Source: Camelus ferus
Taxonomy: Eukaryota
DNA: 64,000 bases
Direction of reading: 5' to 3'
NCBI RefSeq assembly: GCF_009834535.1
Contig: NC_045697.1
Location: 104,100,001-104,164,000, forward strand
Below are positions 14,459-29,240 of the stretch, piece after piece (positions within the stretch are counted from its first letter, which is position 1; every line of letters begins with the position of its first letter). The position numbers were made by a program, and so were the translations under genes. The notes below the pieces were generated by a model, which was not told where the DNA came from, searched no databases, and saw only the letters and a program-made list of their open reading frames with translations.

Positions 14459-14689
14459 TTTCCCTCTACCTAGCACCAGTGCTGTGCTGTTTCTATGCAG
14501 GAAAACAGGGTGAGGGGAAGGAGTGTTAGAATCCAGAATAACCTGAAAAATCACTGAATTGGATTGACTTTACCGATGAGGGACAAGATTGGATCTTTAC
14601 ACTGGGGAGGATCAAGGCTCAGGGCCAGGAATTAAAATTAAGTTATAAAAAAATAAAGACTTTCAATTTAGCATCCTTGAGCTTGTGAT

Positions 14690-15120
14690 TCTGAAATTCA
14701 CACCAGATCCAAGAGAATGGCTGAGAGGAGGGCAGAATCAGGAGCAGGGAGAAGGGCAGACTTATAGTCACGAAAAGGCGAGGCCACGGGGCTGAAGTAA
14801 AGGCAGTGGGGATAAGTAGAAGCAGTGGGATTTTGTACATATTTAGGAGATAAAATGTCGATTACTTGGTGACTAATTCGATGTTGGGAGGGTGATGGAA
14901 AGGGAAGAGCTATGATGACAACCAGGTTTATGGAGTGGGTAGTTGGTAATTTACTAAAGAGGATAACATAAAAGGATGAACAGGTTTGGGAAACGAGAAT
15001 GAGTTTGGGTTCAGATAACTTGAGTTTGAGGAGCCTGAAGGGATGTCCAAGTGATAATCAAAAGGGCAGTTCAAGGGGTGGTAAGGAGGTTTGAGAGGAC
15101 AAGGGATTGGAAATGCAACC
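14690..15120 (-). mobile_element. L2 fragment
   Basis: Purine-rich L2 antisense motifs (gagtttgggttcagataacttgagtttgagg). Confidence 0.6.
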
Positions 15121-15142
15121 TTGCTTCAAACAATCACTGCCA

Positions 15143-15421
15143 CATAGAGAACAAGCTTATGGTTACCAAAAGGGGGAAGGTAGGGGGAAGGATAGATTAG
15201 GAATTTTAGATTAACAGATACACACTGCTGTGTATAAAATAGATAAGCAACAGGAACCTACTATGTAGCATGAGGAACTATATTCAATATCTGGTGATGC
15301 CTATAATGGAAAAGAATCTGAAAAAGAATATATATATAAATGTATAACTGAATCACTTTGCTGTACACCTGAAACTAACACAACACTGTAAATCAACTAT
15401 ACTTAAATTAAAAAAAACAAA
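15143..15421 (+). mobile_element. L1 3' end, artiodactyl-type
   Basis: catagagaacaagcttatggttaccaaa...gctgtacacctgaaactaacacaacactgtaaatcaactatac followed by an A tail. Confidence 0.85.
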
Positions 15422-15759
15422 CACCCTATCACCTTTGTATGTCTATGCCCTGGCTGCCAGCATGTTTTCCTGTGAATGAAGGAAGCATTCTGGGGCAATA
15501 AATAAATAAATAAATCAGAACATTGATTTAAACAATAAAAATAGACACATGTCAGGGGGTCATCTCAGTTCTAATCCTAGCTGGGACAGAGATGCAGAAA
15601 ATCACTCTCTGAGCTTCATTTCCCTCACCTGGGAGATGAGGGTGCTTTGGTTGGAGCAGGTTCACCCAGCATCTAGTTTCACTTCCACGGACGGCCATAC
15701 AAGCAAGTCCTTTTGGAAATAGCACATTGTGTGTCATCTTGGGGGGACTTGATTTTAAA

Positions 15760-16090
15760 GACTCCCTAGCCAAGGGGTGGATCAGTGGCTCAAATTAAGC
15801 CATTGGTGTCTCTCCCAGGATTCTGAATCTTGATGCAAGAAATACAAAGGTACAGAAGGTTGTAGGAGCTCAGTCAACCCTGCAGCGACATACCGACAAG
15901 AGCTGCAAATGGCTCTTGCTACCTAGATCCATTCACGTATCCCATATCCCGTGTCTGTTCTGTTCCTTCTGAGCCGGGATCTCCCCTACGTTCAGCTAGC
16001 TACCTAATATCCTTCGAATAAAACCATTTCCAGTTTATTTAGTCAGAATCAGTTTCTGCGGCCTGTGACTGAAGAATATGAAGTGATTCA
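15760..16090 (+). mobile_element. ERVL LTR remnant (LTR33/LTR16-like)
   Basis: 3' end with AATAAA followed by ttagtcagaatcagtttctg, typical of old ERVL LTRs. Confidence 0.45.
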
Positions 16091-17249
16091 GAAGGGATTA
16101 GGCTAAAATTGTATCCAAGACATCTTTCAGCCTCAAAACATCCATGATATATAACTGATATCAATTTTTAAAATTCCTAGTACATTTTTTAAAAAGACCA
16201 TTCTTTGCAAAAGAGATTTCAAATAGAAATGTATTTAAAAATGCATATATAACTATGCTGATATCATCTCTATTTTATACACACATTTGTGTGCACACAC
16301 ACACACATACATTTACGGCACTGTTTAAGCCTAATTACTAATACTTGAGAGCCGGAAAGAGCAATTAGTGTTTTACTGAATAGGTTTCTATTTCAACTTT
16401 CATGCATATTATTTCTTTAAACCAGAATAATTTTCATTTCTTCAAATGAACTGGCTATCTGAAAAAAAAATGTCAATTTCCACCATTATATGTGAATTTT
16501 TCAGGTTTTATATTTCATAACAGAGAATCATAGCCAGAGCTCACTTGCTTTATAAAAAGGGATTTTTTAAAAATGCAAACAGAAATATAAAGAGAATATT
16601 TAAATGCATTATTTTATCTGTTATTCATTTAGATATGAAGTTATGGGACTTTGGTTTTATTTACATATTAAAACAAATATTTATCCAAATTAAAATATGC
16701 TCTTTTTAAGCATCAGAAGAAGAAAAATATCTCCTTGATGTAAAGAAATTATACTGCATGGAAATTGAGAATTCCGGTATAATTTCTGGGAGGTTTGATA
16801 CTACGGAACTTGAACAGTTCTTCTGACAGAAAAGATGCCATTCACGGATGCAGAAGCTGTGACGTTCATGGATATCCTGACACCTACAAATCTATGTCCT
16901 AAGGAAGATCTTTGTCACTGCAGACACCTAAGGCTGCACTGGGCTCAGGGATGCAGCTGGAGAAGAATGGATTTGAAAGTGGAATTACATGACCATGCAT
17001 TTCTTGTGGACTCTTATGACTACTTAAAGGCATCATTCAACAGAGATTTCTGAGTATTGTTAATTTATATCAAAATTTCCCTAAAAATTCTACAGGAAAA
17101 AAAAATCTGTACACTGAAAGAAAGTAAAATTGAACAATTTGCCATAACTCCGTAGCAGCTGAATGTGTGCAGATGCTGGGAAGTGGAAAATCTGCTGTTA
17201 AACTACCATGGAAATGTTATATCATTTTAAAATTCTGCCTTACACTGTT

Positions 17250-17490
17250 TCTCATAGCTGCTATGTATAGAGCACCTACAATGTGTCAGACACTGTGTAG
17301 GCACATCATTTCTAAATCACACACTAACTCTACAAATACTACTTCCATTTTCACAGATAAAGAAACTGTCTTCAGTGAGGTTGTGACTTGCCCAAAGCCA
17401 TACAAGCTAGGAAGGGGCAGAGGTGGGATTCGCATCCAGGTTTCTCTGGCTGCAAATTCTAAACTTTTTCACTTTACTATATTGCCTCCT
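17250..17490 (-). mobile_element. MIR SINE
   Basis: MIR core ccattttcacagataaagaaactg...gtgacttgcccaaag...ggattcgcatccagg. Confidence 0.75.
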
Positions 17491-19318
17491 ATTATATCAA
17501 ATATTATTGATTTTTCTTCTTCTCCCCCTCCTCTACACAATTTTTTGTTTATTTGCATTGACTGTTTAGGAATTTGACATAGTTATACATTTATGGTGTC
17601 ACTCTGCAATTAGAAAGCTATTTCATTGTCTTTATCCATGTTAATCCACATTTGCACTGGACTGGGGAAAGAGATCGGTGTCATTCTATGACTCTTTCAG
17701 AGAATCCTCTTCCTTTAAAATGAGGGGGCAGACAATCAGTAGCATCTGTGCAAAGCAAATTCAATAGATGTGATTCCCACACAAGGGTGTAAAGTCTAAT
17801 GGGGAAAACACTGAGAGAGATAAACACAGAAAAAGACAAAGGTACACACTTGCATAAATATGAGAAATATGAATGAATAGATATGACAATTTATCTTATT
17901 GTCTTTGTACTTACAGGTATTTATACTAGTTATTAGATGGACTTTCAAGATCAAAATGCATTATCAACTACTGTAATATAATTATAATATATAATTATAT
18001 ATAATCTATAATTAATTCTAACATGATTAATATAATGATGAATATATTTAACATATTTTTTCATAGGCCAAACTGAACTACTGTATCAAGGTGAAGCTGC
18101 ACATTCAGTAAAATATTTCAAAAGCAGCTCAATAAGCTCAATAGTTTAAAACAAGATCATAAAATTTTATTTAATCTGAGAAAGATAAACTCAAAAGATA
18201 TGTTATATCTAATCAAAAGTCAGGATAATACTTTTACTCCATTAAGTTAATATTTATAAGTCACTAGTGGGTTATCTATGTGTCAGTAATAACAGTCTTA
18301 CATTCATACTGTAGGGATAAATGTTATTGGAATCACCTAAGGGATAATTACATTGACTCAAATTAATACTTAAATAGCTTCAGTTAATATAATTCCCATG
18401 GAATAAAGTGAGTCACTATTCTTACCCATACTTTTCAGTGTAGGTAGATATTATGTATAATTAGAAGGAGGAAAAAATCCTTCTTGGCACGCACACACAC
18501 TGATACATAATCATACGTTATATGAGTAAGTTTTACAGGTTTTTTGTGTGAAAAGGATACTTTTTTCCTAAAAAATAAACAAAGATATAGCATTTCCTTA
18601 ACTATACAAATATATAAAGAGAGAGAAGTTAGAAAGGAAAAAATTAACTATGTTTGAAATGACTTTAAAAGCATATAGAATGCTTTTACAAAGAAAACTG
18701 AAAGCATTTTTCTTACTATTACACATTTAGGTTTTTAATAATTATTAGAGTGATTAACATGGATTAAGAATACACTACAATCACTCATATATTTTTACCT
18801 AATAAACCACTGGAATTGAGATTCTTAGGAATTTTACATTCTTTGGACTTCAAAATATAGCAAGAAAAGAAAGTTTCAATATTAAAAAAAAGGCTCTTTT
18901 TAAATTTAAAGGATTTCCAATGAGTTGACTGGTCTCTGGGGGCATCTACTGGAAATTTTGCAAACTGCAGTCACATCATGTAAATTTGATAACTTTCATT
19001 ACCCATTTTAATACAGATATTATTTTAATTGATATGCAAATAAGGTGACACTCAAAGAAGATAAATGTAAAGTTATGCATGGTATTCTATCTCATCCATC
19101 TGTTAACAGCAAAACATGTAGCTGTCTATGGGATCAGTTAACAAATACTCAACTGTTAAAAATGTAAATAGGGCAGGTGGCATATCGCAGATTACAGTTT
19201 TCAAACCATTCACTTCTCAGACTTGGAAAAATTAAAAATATATTCTAGGAAGAAAACACACATATTTAATGTGGCATTTTTATTAATCCAAATTAAATGC
19301 ATATAAAAAGCACTTCCA

Positions 19319-19742
19319 GCCATTTGCTGCAACATGGATGGACCTAAAGATTGTCATTTTAAGTGAAGTAAGCCAGAAAGAGAAAGAAAAATACCATATG
19401 ATGTCACTTATATGTGGAATCTAAAAAAAAATGACAAATGAAGTTATTCACAAAAGAGAAACAGGTTCACAGACGTAGAAAACAAACTTATGGTTACTAG
19501 GGGGAAACGAGGTGGGAAGGGATAAATTGGGAGTTCGAGATTTGCAGATATTACTATATATAAAATAGATAAACAAGTTTCTACTGTATTCAATTCAGGG
19601 AACTATATTCAGTATCTTGTAGTAGCCTATAATGAAAGAGAATACGAAAATGAATATATGTATGCATATGTATGGCTGAAACTTTATGCTATACACCAGA
19701 AAGTGACACATTGTAAACTGACTATATGTCAATTAAAAAAAA
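19319..19742 (+). mobile_element. L1 3' end, 5'-truncated, with TSD
   Basis: gccatttgctgcaacatggatggaccta... to an A tail. TSD AAAAAGCACTTCCA (19305-19318) and AAAAAGCACCTCCA (19738-19751), 13/14 identical. Confidence 0.9.
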
Positions 19743-22700
19743 GCACCTCCAAAATTATGTTGATTTCTCTAAAACAAATTCATTTTGCATCTCAGTATGT
19801 CCAATCATTATAAATAACCTGGTAATCACTGTTTACTTTCTATATGACTCAAGTTGACTATTTACATGTTAATATCTCAAAAAGTAGAATTTGGCATACT
19901 TGGAACAAAAAAATCTATCCATTATTTCAATTAATATTACATTTGGAATTAGTCATTAATATGAACATTTTTGGAGAGCTTCCTTAAGGAAAATGAACAT
20001 ATAACGAACACAATAATCATTGCAGTTTATATGTAGTTTTAAGATATATTTAAAATAAACCAAGTAACTCCTAGAATATTATTTCAGTTGTGACTAATCA
20101 TGTAATAGGAATTTTAAAGTCACAGCCATTATAATAATCTTGATTTTCTTTGTGAAATATATTGGTCATATTTACTTTAAGAGAAAATTTTAAAAATAAT
20201 TATGAAGGTATATCTATTGTGCTATACTTACATTATACCATAATACAGTTTTTATTCCTATAATTTTGTATAAAACCCTCTAACAAAGATTGAAATATTT
20301 AACTATTTTAGCTTCATTGCAAACAAATACCACTAATGCATGTATGATTTTATAGTTTCTGAAAATTTCACTAGAATTACTATCCAAATAAATTACACCT
20401 TTAATTGTGTAAACTGAAAAAACTAACCAACATAAAAATGTTAGCAACAAGTCAGAACCTAAGTATTAATATAGGAGGACTTTCCTTTCAGTTTAGATTT
20501 AGATTCACTTTATAACTGAATGTACTTGATAAGTTAAAAATAAGTAAAATCCACCCCCAAGAGGTTATGGAATAGAATTTTTGTGATTGTTATGAACAAC
20601 TCAGAAGTTTATTAATTTGTATCTCTAGAGGAAACTGTTACATACAAGTTTTGCTTTATATTTTTGGAAAATACAAATTTTTCTTTATTAATCATCAAAG
20701 TTAGAAAACATAGCTTGGCTTTCAACATTTTAAAAGCATACGTACAAACTGAAAAATTGTATTTGGTAAAAAAAATATTTAGTTCAACCTTTAGTTTTTT
20801 AAAAAAAATTTTAATAATAATAACTAAGAAAGTTTACCCCACAGTATTTTGTAAATGGGACTATTACTAATATAATTCTTTCAATAAAAAATAAAAATTT
20901 GATCAGCAAAGAATGCTCTCAACAGCACAGTAAGAATTCACTTCAACATGGGTGATTTTTATTTTGGGACAGATGGATTATTTGTGTAGAATGGAACACA
21001 GATGATTTCTCAGATTCAATTCTGTTCAAACTGGTATTTAGCACACAAGGCAGTAACTTTTTTGTGAGATCAATAAATGTTAATCAAATAGAATTTTTGA
21101 CCGTAATTCTTACCCGTTATCAGAGGAAAGCCGTGGTTATTTAGCACGCAGTCCAGACTGCAATCCTTACAATAGCTTTAAATGAGTCTCTTACCAATAC
21201 AAAGGCATTTTTTACGTGTGTACCCTGTTAAGAATGATTTACTCAAATGATATCCATTCAGTCAAATATTTGAAGTACAGTGATGGTCATCAATCAGGAA
21301 TGAATAAACTATTCATCAGTCAATATAAAATATTATCAAAATATTTACCCTTGTATCTGTTGCAACACATTTTCTTTACTGAAAAATCTCAAACTTAAAA
21401 CACATTTTCCAAGTGTTTCTTTAGAGGCTTAGTGAAAAAGCAGTGGAAGGAATCTCCTTATGTGAGGCTAACTACACATATAATCTTTATAAAAAGTCTT
21501 GTTATTTGCAAACTCCCTCAAGAAATTCAAGTTTTTTTTTTTAACAAGAGAATGTTTTAAGCCAAAGATCAAATATGGAAAGGTATAAAACGAATGTCAT
21601 TGTTAAGAAGAATTTTCAGTGGAAGTATTTTCAAGCCAGGAGTACCACACTTGAATCCAAACACCTTGGGTTAAATGAGAGAATCATATGAATTCCTGCT
21701 CTTTCAATTTACTCTGTAACTTTTCGTTAGAGGAAAACAAAATTATATAACCAATTGAATTGATTATATTGTTACTTATTCTATAAAATATAAGCTGAAA
21801 AATAAAGACTAAAAATAACCTTTGCTTTTGGATTCAGTTATAATGTTAAGAAATCTGAATACTTCTGTTAGGTTCTGCATCCTATTATAATGGCAATAAA
21901 CATAAGAAAAAGAGGAGAAAAACAAAAATAAACTTCATGCTACATGACTACAAACAATGGACTATGGGACGGGTGGAAACATTATTGTGTTAGCTCAACT
22001 CCATATTTTTCTCTAAACTAGTATTTACAGTTTTTATTAATATGAAACTCCATACAATATAATAGTGACTCTGTTTTTTCAAACAATCCTGTGATTGCTC
22101 TCCAAACTTTTTGAAATTCTATTATTTAGGAAATTTTCTCTTAAATAATAATCACTTAAATTTTTTTTCAGTTCTTCATCTTTACACCTTTATAAATAAA
22201 AGAACTATCACTTTTCCACATAAATTGAGTGAAATAATCAAACTTTAATAAAAACGTAACGCTGGAGAATATAAAGACACAACTTAGTAAAAACAACAAG
22301 TTGCATTAAAAAGAAAACTTCAGTTCACTGTGTGTTTTTTTCCTACTAAGTATGTCATACATTTCATCCTTGCAAGAGTTTGACTGAGTTTTGCAAGTAA
22401 AATTCTGTTTCCTCTACACTTGCTAATAGTCATGAGAATCTGTAGTTTGCACCTTCCCATTAAAAATGTATTGTATTTTTTGAAATTATTCACCCCGCCT
22501 TTTATCCAGATCATGTCTTTGAAAGGAGGAAGTAGATAATAAATGGAATAATTCATGATTTCCCATTAAATATGAAACTTTCTTTTGCAGAGTTTAGAAA
22601 ATGAAGTTCTACATAATGTACAAAAGTTGATTAGAACTTTTTTAACCTTTTCAAGAAAAAACCTTTCACATTAAACAACTGCATGAGTAGGTTTCTTTGG

Positions 22701-23899
22701 GGAAAGTAAACCAATCAATTTCTTACCTATGGCTTTATCATATATATTCTAATGTTGCTCCTTCCAAACATATATCCCTTTATAATGTGTGAGTAGTTAT
22801 TAAAGTAGCGAGAAGAAAAATAGTGTACATTGGGCTATACACATGACAAGTATCTAAGAAAAATATAACTGATGGTTAAATTACAAAGGGAAAAATCACA
22901 TAAATTAAAAATGAAAACAAAACATTATCTGTGCTCTTCTCAGCAGTGGAATGGAAGATAGTGTGAGGGTAGATAACAAAACCTGCATTTAGATTTCTCT
23001 TATGACATTTCTTCTAGTGAGGTAACATTTTGTCATGAGGAAAAAATATACACCTTTATAAAACTTATCTTTGCAAACTATCCATTGGGACCCGGTAACT
23101 ACATTCTTTTTCTTTTGCCTTTTTTTTTTTTTTAGATACAATTTAAAAAATTAAACCAGATGGTTTTTAGGTTCACTCCAGCTCTATCGTTCTACATATA
23201 TTGGGTAAGAAATCTAGAAAAAATTTAACTGAAGAAAATGTCAAGTTCCGACTATTTTAGGGCAGCTGGTGACCTCATTTCTTTAGGTTTTAAAATTTCT
23301 TTTGTGGAATAATTCATCTTTTTTTTTACTAAATGTATTTTAATTTCCCCCATATCAAAAAATAAAGAATATATTTCCCTTTTCAAACTTGAAAGCTTAA
23401 AAGATAGGCTACCACATTGTAAGCCATGTGAAGAAATCTTCCGTGTTGTGTGCTCTTTAATTACCATGACAAAGGAGGTGTGTATTGCACATACAAACAG
23501 TGAAGCCAGGATTTCTTACAGGCTATATGTACACAGTGATCAAACTTCCAGAACATCGGTTTTGTTTTACACTTAGTAAAAACTAAATTAATAAAAACAA
23601 AAAATAAACTAATCATTCTGAAGCTTTAGTTAGACAACACCTGTGTGTAAATATCTCATTTTCCTTTTAATGTTGCATTGATTTTATTGCAGCTATCTCC
23701 AACTTTTATTAGAAAATTTCTACTTATAACTAAGAGTATATCAAATCAAACATGTGCATCAATGAAAATATTGTAAGAGCAAAAGGAAATATTTGTGAGA
23801 AGATAAAATAAGAGCCTGGAATTCAAACTTTTTAAAAATTGGACAAGAAAGATATATAGTAGGGATTATAACTTCCTTGAGACAGAGAACATGTTATTT

Positions 23900-25700
23900 G
23901 TTTCTTTTGTATGTTCATATAATAGTGCAAATGCCAACAAAAAGAAAGCTTGTATAACATTATTAATATCAAATAAAATGGAATTCAGGCATAAAAAATT
24001 AAAAGAGCATACGAATATCAGAGATTCAAATATAGATTATGTTACTAAGAAAGATGGCATCTATAAAACAATACACCTAATGACAACAGCTTCAAAATAT
24101 ATAAAATTAACAGAAAAAGGAGGAATTGATTTCAATGCATTTTTTTCATAAAATTATAAATTAAATAGAGAAAAAAAGATTTGAATAACAATTGTCTACC
24201 TTGATTGAAATAACAGGCTCAATCTAATGATTAAATTCTAATAGTTTTCTATATAAGAACTATCTACCAAATAGAGAATATATATTTATTTCTCAAACAT
24301 ATAAGGAACATTTATAAAAATTAATCATGTACTAGCCATACTAAAAATTTCATAAACTGATACCATGTATGGCACATCTACTGATCACGAGTAAGTACTC
24401 ACTCCCCACTCCTGCATTCTCCCTTGCAAAATTAAAAAAAAAAAAAAACCCACAAGAAAAACCTCTTCACCTGCAAATTCACAAATATATTTCTAATTTA
24501 TCCATTGCCAAAAGGGGAAACCACTGTAGAAATTTTCATATATTTAGAATGGAAAGAAAAAAATTAACTGTTAAATCCTGGGGGAAGAAATCATCATGAT
24601 GCTTTTGTTAGAGAACAAGAGCAACTCTGATGAGTAAAGAAGCGAATTTTCAACTCGGGAAGTTAGGGGGAAAAAATCCTAACAAAATAAACGATGGCAT
24701 GAAGTCAAATAAAGGACAGGGAGGGAAATACTAAAGGCAAATGCTTAAATTAATAAAATAGAAAACAAAAAATCTGGCCCATAAAACAAAAAAATGACTA
24801 TGTGAAAAGACAAATAAATTTGCAAGTACTATATAATCAAGAAAAAATGTTTAAAATGGCATCAAAATTATACCAAAAATGGAAGAGGTAATATAGCTTC
24901 TAATTATAGAAATGCTAACTTTTAATGTAGCAAAAGAAAAAAATATGGATCAATATTATTATAGTTTAGGTACAATATTCTGCCTACACTGGCCCCCCCA
25001 AAAAAAGAACTCACAGCAAATTAAAACCATAATGAATAAGTAGGGTTTATCCTAGAATTCCAAGGATGATTCAAAATTAGAAAATCTAGTAACTTTATGA
25101 TAATCTCAGTAGATGCTAGAAAATTATTTAGTAAAGATCAAAACTCATTCATGATTGAGAAAAGTAGAAACTAAAAGATGAATTCTTTATCTTGGTAATA
25201 TGTATCTATTAAAAACAGACAGCATAAAGCTTCATGTTTCGTGATACATTAGAATCATATCCACTAAAGTCAGGAATTTGAAGGGATGCCTGCTGTCACT
25301 GCTATTGTTTAATACCATGTACTGTTAACTGGAGGTTCTTGTCGATGTGGACTCCATATTTTAATGATACCAATTCTCCTAAAATAACATATAAAATCAA
25401 GGCAGTCCCAATAAAATCTCAATGAAATTTTCCTGACTCTTGACAAGATAATTCTAAATTTCATATAAAGTGGTTAATGTACAAGAAAAACCTAAGAGGG
25501 GACTGACTGCCAAATATAAAAATATATTTTAACTATATTAATAAAATGAGTTGTGCCATTGACATGAGAAAAGAAGTAAATCAATGAAATAGAATATATG
25601 TACATGTGTATGTATAGACACATGAAAATTTGGTATTTAGTAGAAGTGGCATTTCAATTCAGGAGAAAGTTTTGGGGACAATTGGTGATCTATTTGCAAA
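23900..25700 (+). mobile_element. Ancient L1 (L1ME-like) ORF2 remnant with internal deletions
   Basis: ANANKKKACITLLISNKMEFR in ORF 23891-24151 resembles the L1 endonuclease. RT-region motifs near 25040-25340. Confidence 0.7.
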
Positions 25701-25913
25701 TTTTGTTGGTATTATTTTTTATATATTAATATCACTATACTTTTATGTAATATAGATGAAAGTATATGTTATATTACCTTTCTACATTTAATAGAACATT
25801 TAATTGATACACTTAAATCTCAATTTCCTAATCATTTTCTTAACCTTAATATATGTGATATGTATATATTAAACCTATATCACTAAGAAATTTCAGGTGG
25901 TTAATCACATTAG

Positions 25914-26732
25914 TTTTTTTTTTAAGTATAGTTGACTTACAATGTTGTGTTAGTTTCTGGTGTACAGCATAGTGATTCAGTTATACATATTTTTTTTTAG
26001 TATTCTTTATCATTATAGGTTATTACAAGATATTAAATATAGTTCCTTGTGCTAAACAGTAGGGCACTGATATTTGTCTATTTTATGTATAGTAGCTAGT
26101 ACCTGCAAATCCCAAACTCCTAATTTATTCTTCCCCCACTTCCCCCCAGGTAACTTTAAGTTTGTATTCTATGTCTATGAATCTGTTTGTTTTGTAAATA
26201 AGTTCATTTGTGCCATTTTTATAGATTCTATATAAATGATATCATATGATATTTGTCTTTTTCTATCTGACTTAATTTCACTTAGTATGATAATCTCTAG
26301 GTCCATCCATGTTCCTGCAAATGGCATTATTTCATTCTCTTTTATGGCTGAGTAATATTCCATTGTGTATACACCACATGTTCTTTATCTATTCATCTGT
26401 TGATGGACATTTAGGTTGCTTCCACGTCTTGGCTATTGTAAACAGCTGCTGCTATGAACACTGGGGTACATGTATCTTTTCAAATTAGAGTTTCCTCCGG
26501 ACATATGTCCAGGAGTGAGATTGCTGGATCATACGGTAAGTCTATTTTCAGTTTTTAAGGAATCTCCATACTGTTTTCCATAATGGCTGCACCAAAGTAC
26601 ATTCCCACCAGCAGTGTAGGAGGGTTCTCTTTTCTCCACACCCTCTCCAGCATTTATCATTTGTGGACTTTTGAATGAAGGCCATTCTGATGGGTGTGAG
26701 GTGATACCTCATTGTGGTTTTGATTTACATTT
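25914..26732 (-). mobile_element. L1 3' portion (ORF2 C-terminus and 3'UTR), relatively young
   Basis: Poly(T) at 25914. ORF 26175-26363 MEYYSAIKENEIMPFAGTWMDLEIIILSE is the L1 ORF2 C-terminus. Confidence 0.92.
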
Positions 26733-26899
26733 ACATCATTTTTAAAGTAACTTGTAGACACTTATTTTGGACTTCTGAGTTAGATACTTTTTTTCTTAGA
26801 TACCACAACTTCCTCTTTCTTGAATTCTCTTTTCTTTCCCCTAGATTCTAAAGTGACTATTTGGGCCAGGGATGAAGGGCCCAGAAAGACTGCATAGGA

Positions 26900-27900
26900 A
26901 AAGATGTTTCCCAGTCCTCATATTTTCTGTAAAGATTTAAATTTTGCCCTCAGCTTTGGTTAATAGTTTATCTAGGTATAGGATTCTGAGTTAAAATAAT
27001 TGTTCTACATATTTTGAAGACATTCCCCCTTTTTATTTTAGAACCACATGTTATTACTGAGAACTGTGATGATAGTCTGATCTTTATTTCTTGATGACAA
27101 CCATTCCTCCAAACCCTGAAAGCTTCTAGTATCTTCTCTTATACTTGGGATTCTGAAACTTCATTAAAATGCATCTAAGTGAGTTTTCTTCTTTTTTTGT
27201 ATTTTGTTTTTTCTTCCTGGTAACTTTGGTAGCCACAGCCCAACGATCTGTGGTTTTTTTCCAGTCGAAGTATCTATGTCTATGTATCTCTCCATCAATA
27301 TTGATCTATGTCTACCTATATATTTATTATCATTCATTCTCTCCATTTTCTCTTCTTTCACTTGTATAAAATATTCACCACCTGGATTATGTTCTGTATT
27401 CATTCCTTTTAAAACATTTTCTGTATCTTTTCTGTTTTTAATCCCACGTGTTGAGAGTTATCATTATCTTTCTCTTCTATCCCTTCTTTGAATTATTTCA
27501 GCTACCTTTATCTTTGAAGGATTCTTTTTCTTTAAATTCTTTCATAGCATCAGGTTATATTTGAGGGATGTAAGATTTTCTACAGTGTCTGTAAGGAAAC
27601 ATACTGGAAATCTTTCAAAGTTCCTCTTTTCCCTATAGAAAATTTGTTTCAGATCATGTTAAATGTTCTTTGTTCATCTTTTTCTTTTGTATTGTAATAC
27701 TATCTCAAATATCAGAGGCTATTTGTCTATTCATAATAATGAAGTTCTAGATCTCTTAACATAGATAGTAGGCTTGGGTTTCCTATTTGTAAGCTTTATC
27801 CTGAGGTGTGTGGGTGGGCAGAGCGCAGGCTGGGCATTCCTTGCACCAGTGCCAATGAAAAGGATGGTACACTAGCTTCCCTGACAGGAAGAGCACAGGC
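26900..27900 (-). mobile_element. Ancient L1ME/HAL1 ORF1-region remnant
   Basis: ggtataggattctgagtt...gagaactgtgatgatagtctgatc...ctgaaacttcattaaaatgcatc resembles antisense L1 ORF1 C-terminus. Confidence 0.55.
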
Positions 27901-27904
27901 CAAC

Positions 27905-29240
27905 TGTTACTTTTTAAGATTTTTTGCATCACTGTTCATAAGGAATATTATTCCGTGGTTTTCTTTTTATGTAATGGCTTTTTCTGGTATTGGTATCAGG
28001 ATAATTATGGTCTCATAGAATGAGTTGAGAAATGTTTCCTCCTCTTCTATTTTTTGAAGAGTTTGTGCCAAATTGGCATTATTTTATTTTTCAAATGTTA
28101 CAGAGAATTCACCAGTGAAGCCAAATGGGCCTGGAATTTTCTTTATGGGAAGTTTTTAAACTGTTGATTCAATGTCTTTAGTGGATATAAACCCACTGTG
28201 TTACTTATTTCTACTTAAGTGAACTTTGGTAGTGTCTTTCAAGAAATCTAGCCATTTCTATAAACTGTTGAATTTATCAGCATAAAGGTTATTTCCTAAT
28301 TAGCATTTTAATATTTGTGTAATTTGTGGTGATGTGTCTCCTCTTTCCTTTCTGAAATTGGTAAGTTGTGTTTTCTCTCTTTCTCTCTGTTCAGTATGGC
28401 TAACTGATGATCAATTTTATTGAGCTTTTCAAAAGACTAGTTTTTAGCTTTATTATTTTCTCTATTGTTTTTCTGTTTTCTGCTCTCATTTTACTGTTTC
28501 TTTTCCCCTGCTTTTTCTAGTCTTTTAAAATGGAAGTTTAGGGTAATGATTTTAGAATTTCTATTTTTCTAATGTCAACATTTTAATGCTATAAACTTCC
28601 CTTTAAGCACTGCTTTAGCTGCATCCTACAAGTTTTGACATGCCATGTTTTCTTTTTCATTCAGTTCAAAGTATTTTCTCATTTGCTTGTGATTTCCTAC
28701 TTGATCCATGGTTTATTTGAAGTCTACAGTAAATATGAAGTAAATATGAAGGCTGTTTCCACATTTGTGGGGTTTTCCAGCTATCTTCCTGCCATTATTT
28801 CTAGTTTAATTCTACTCTTGCAAGAGAAAATAAATTTTAGAATTTAAATCCTTTTAAGTATATTTAAATTTGGTTTATGGCTTGGAATATCATCTCCTTT
28901 GATAAATGTTTCCACATGTACTTGAAAACAACGTGTGTTCTACTGTTGTTTGATGTAGTGTTAGCTAAATGTCAACTATTTAAGTTGACCAATGGTATTG
29001 TTGTTCAAGTCTTGGATAGCCTACTAGTTTTTTTAATCAATTATTAAGACAGCAATGCTAGAATCTCCAATTATAATTGTGGAAACTGCTTTTCCTTTTC
29101 TTTCTATCAGTTTTTATTTTATGTATTTTGAAGTTCTGTCATAGGAATACAAACATTTAGGATTATGCCTTCTTGATGAACCAACTTATTTTATCCTTAT
29201 GAAATGTCACTTTTTATCCCTGGTAATAGTCCAACTATTT
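27905..29240 (-). mobile_element. Old L1 ORF2 fragment (endonuclease to start of RT)
   Basis: gatttttgcatcactgttcataagg, gaattcaccagtgaagcca, gcactgctttagctgcatcc are antisense L1 ORF2 motifs. Confidence 0.85.
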
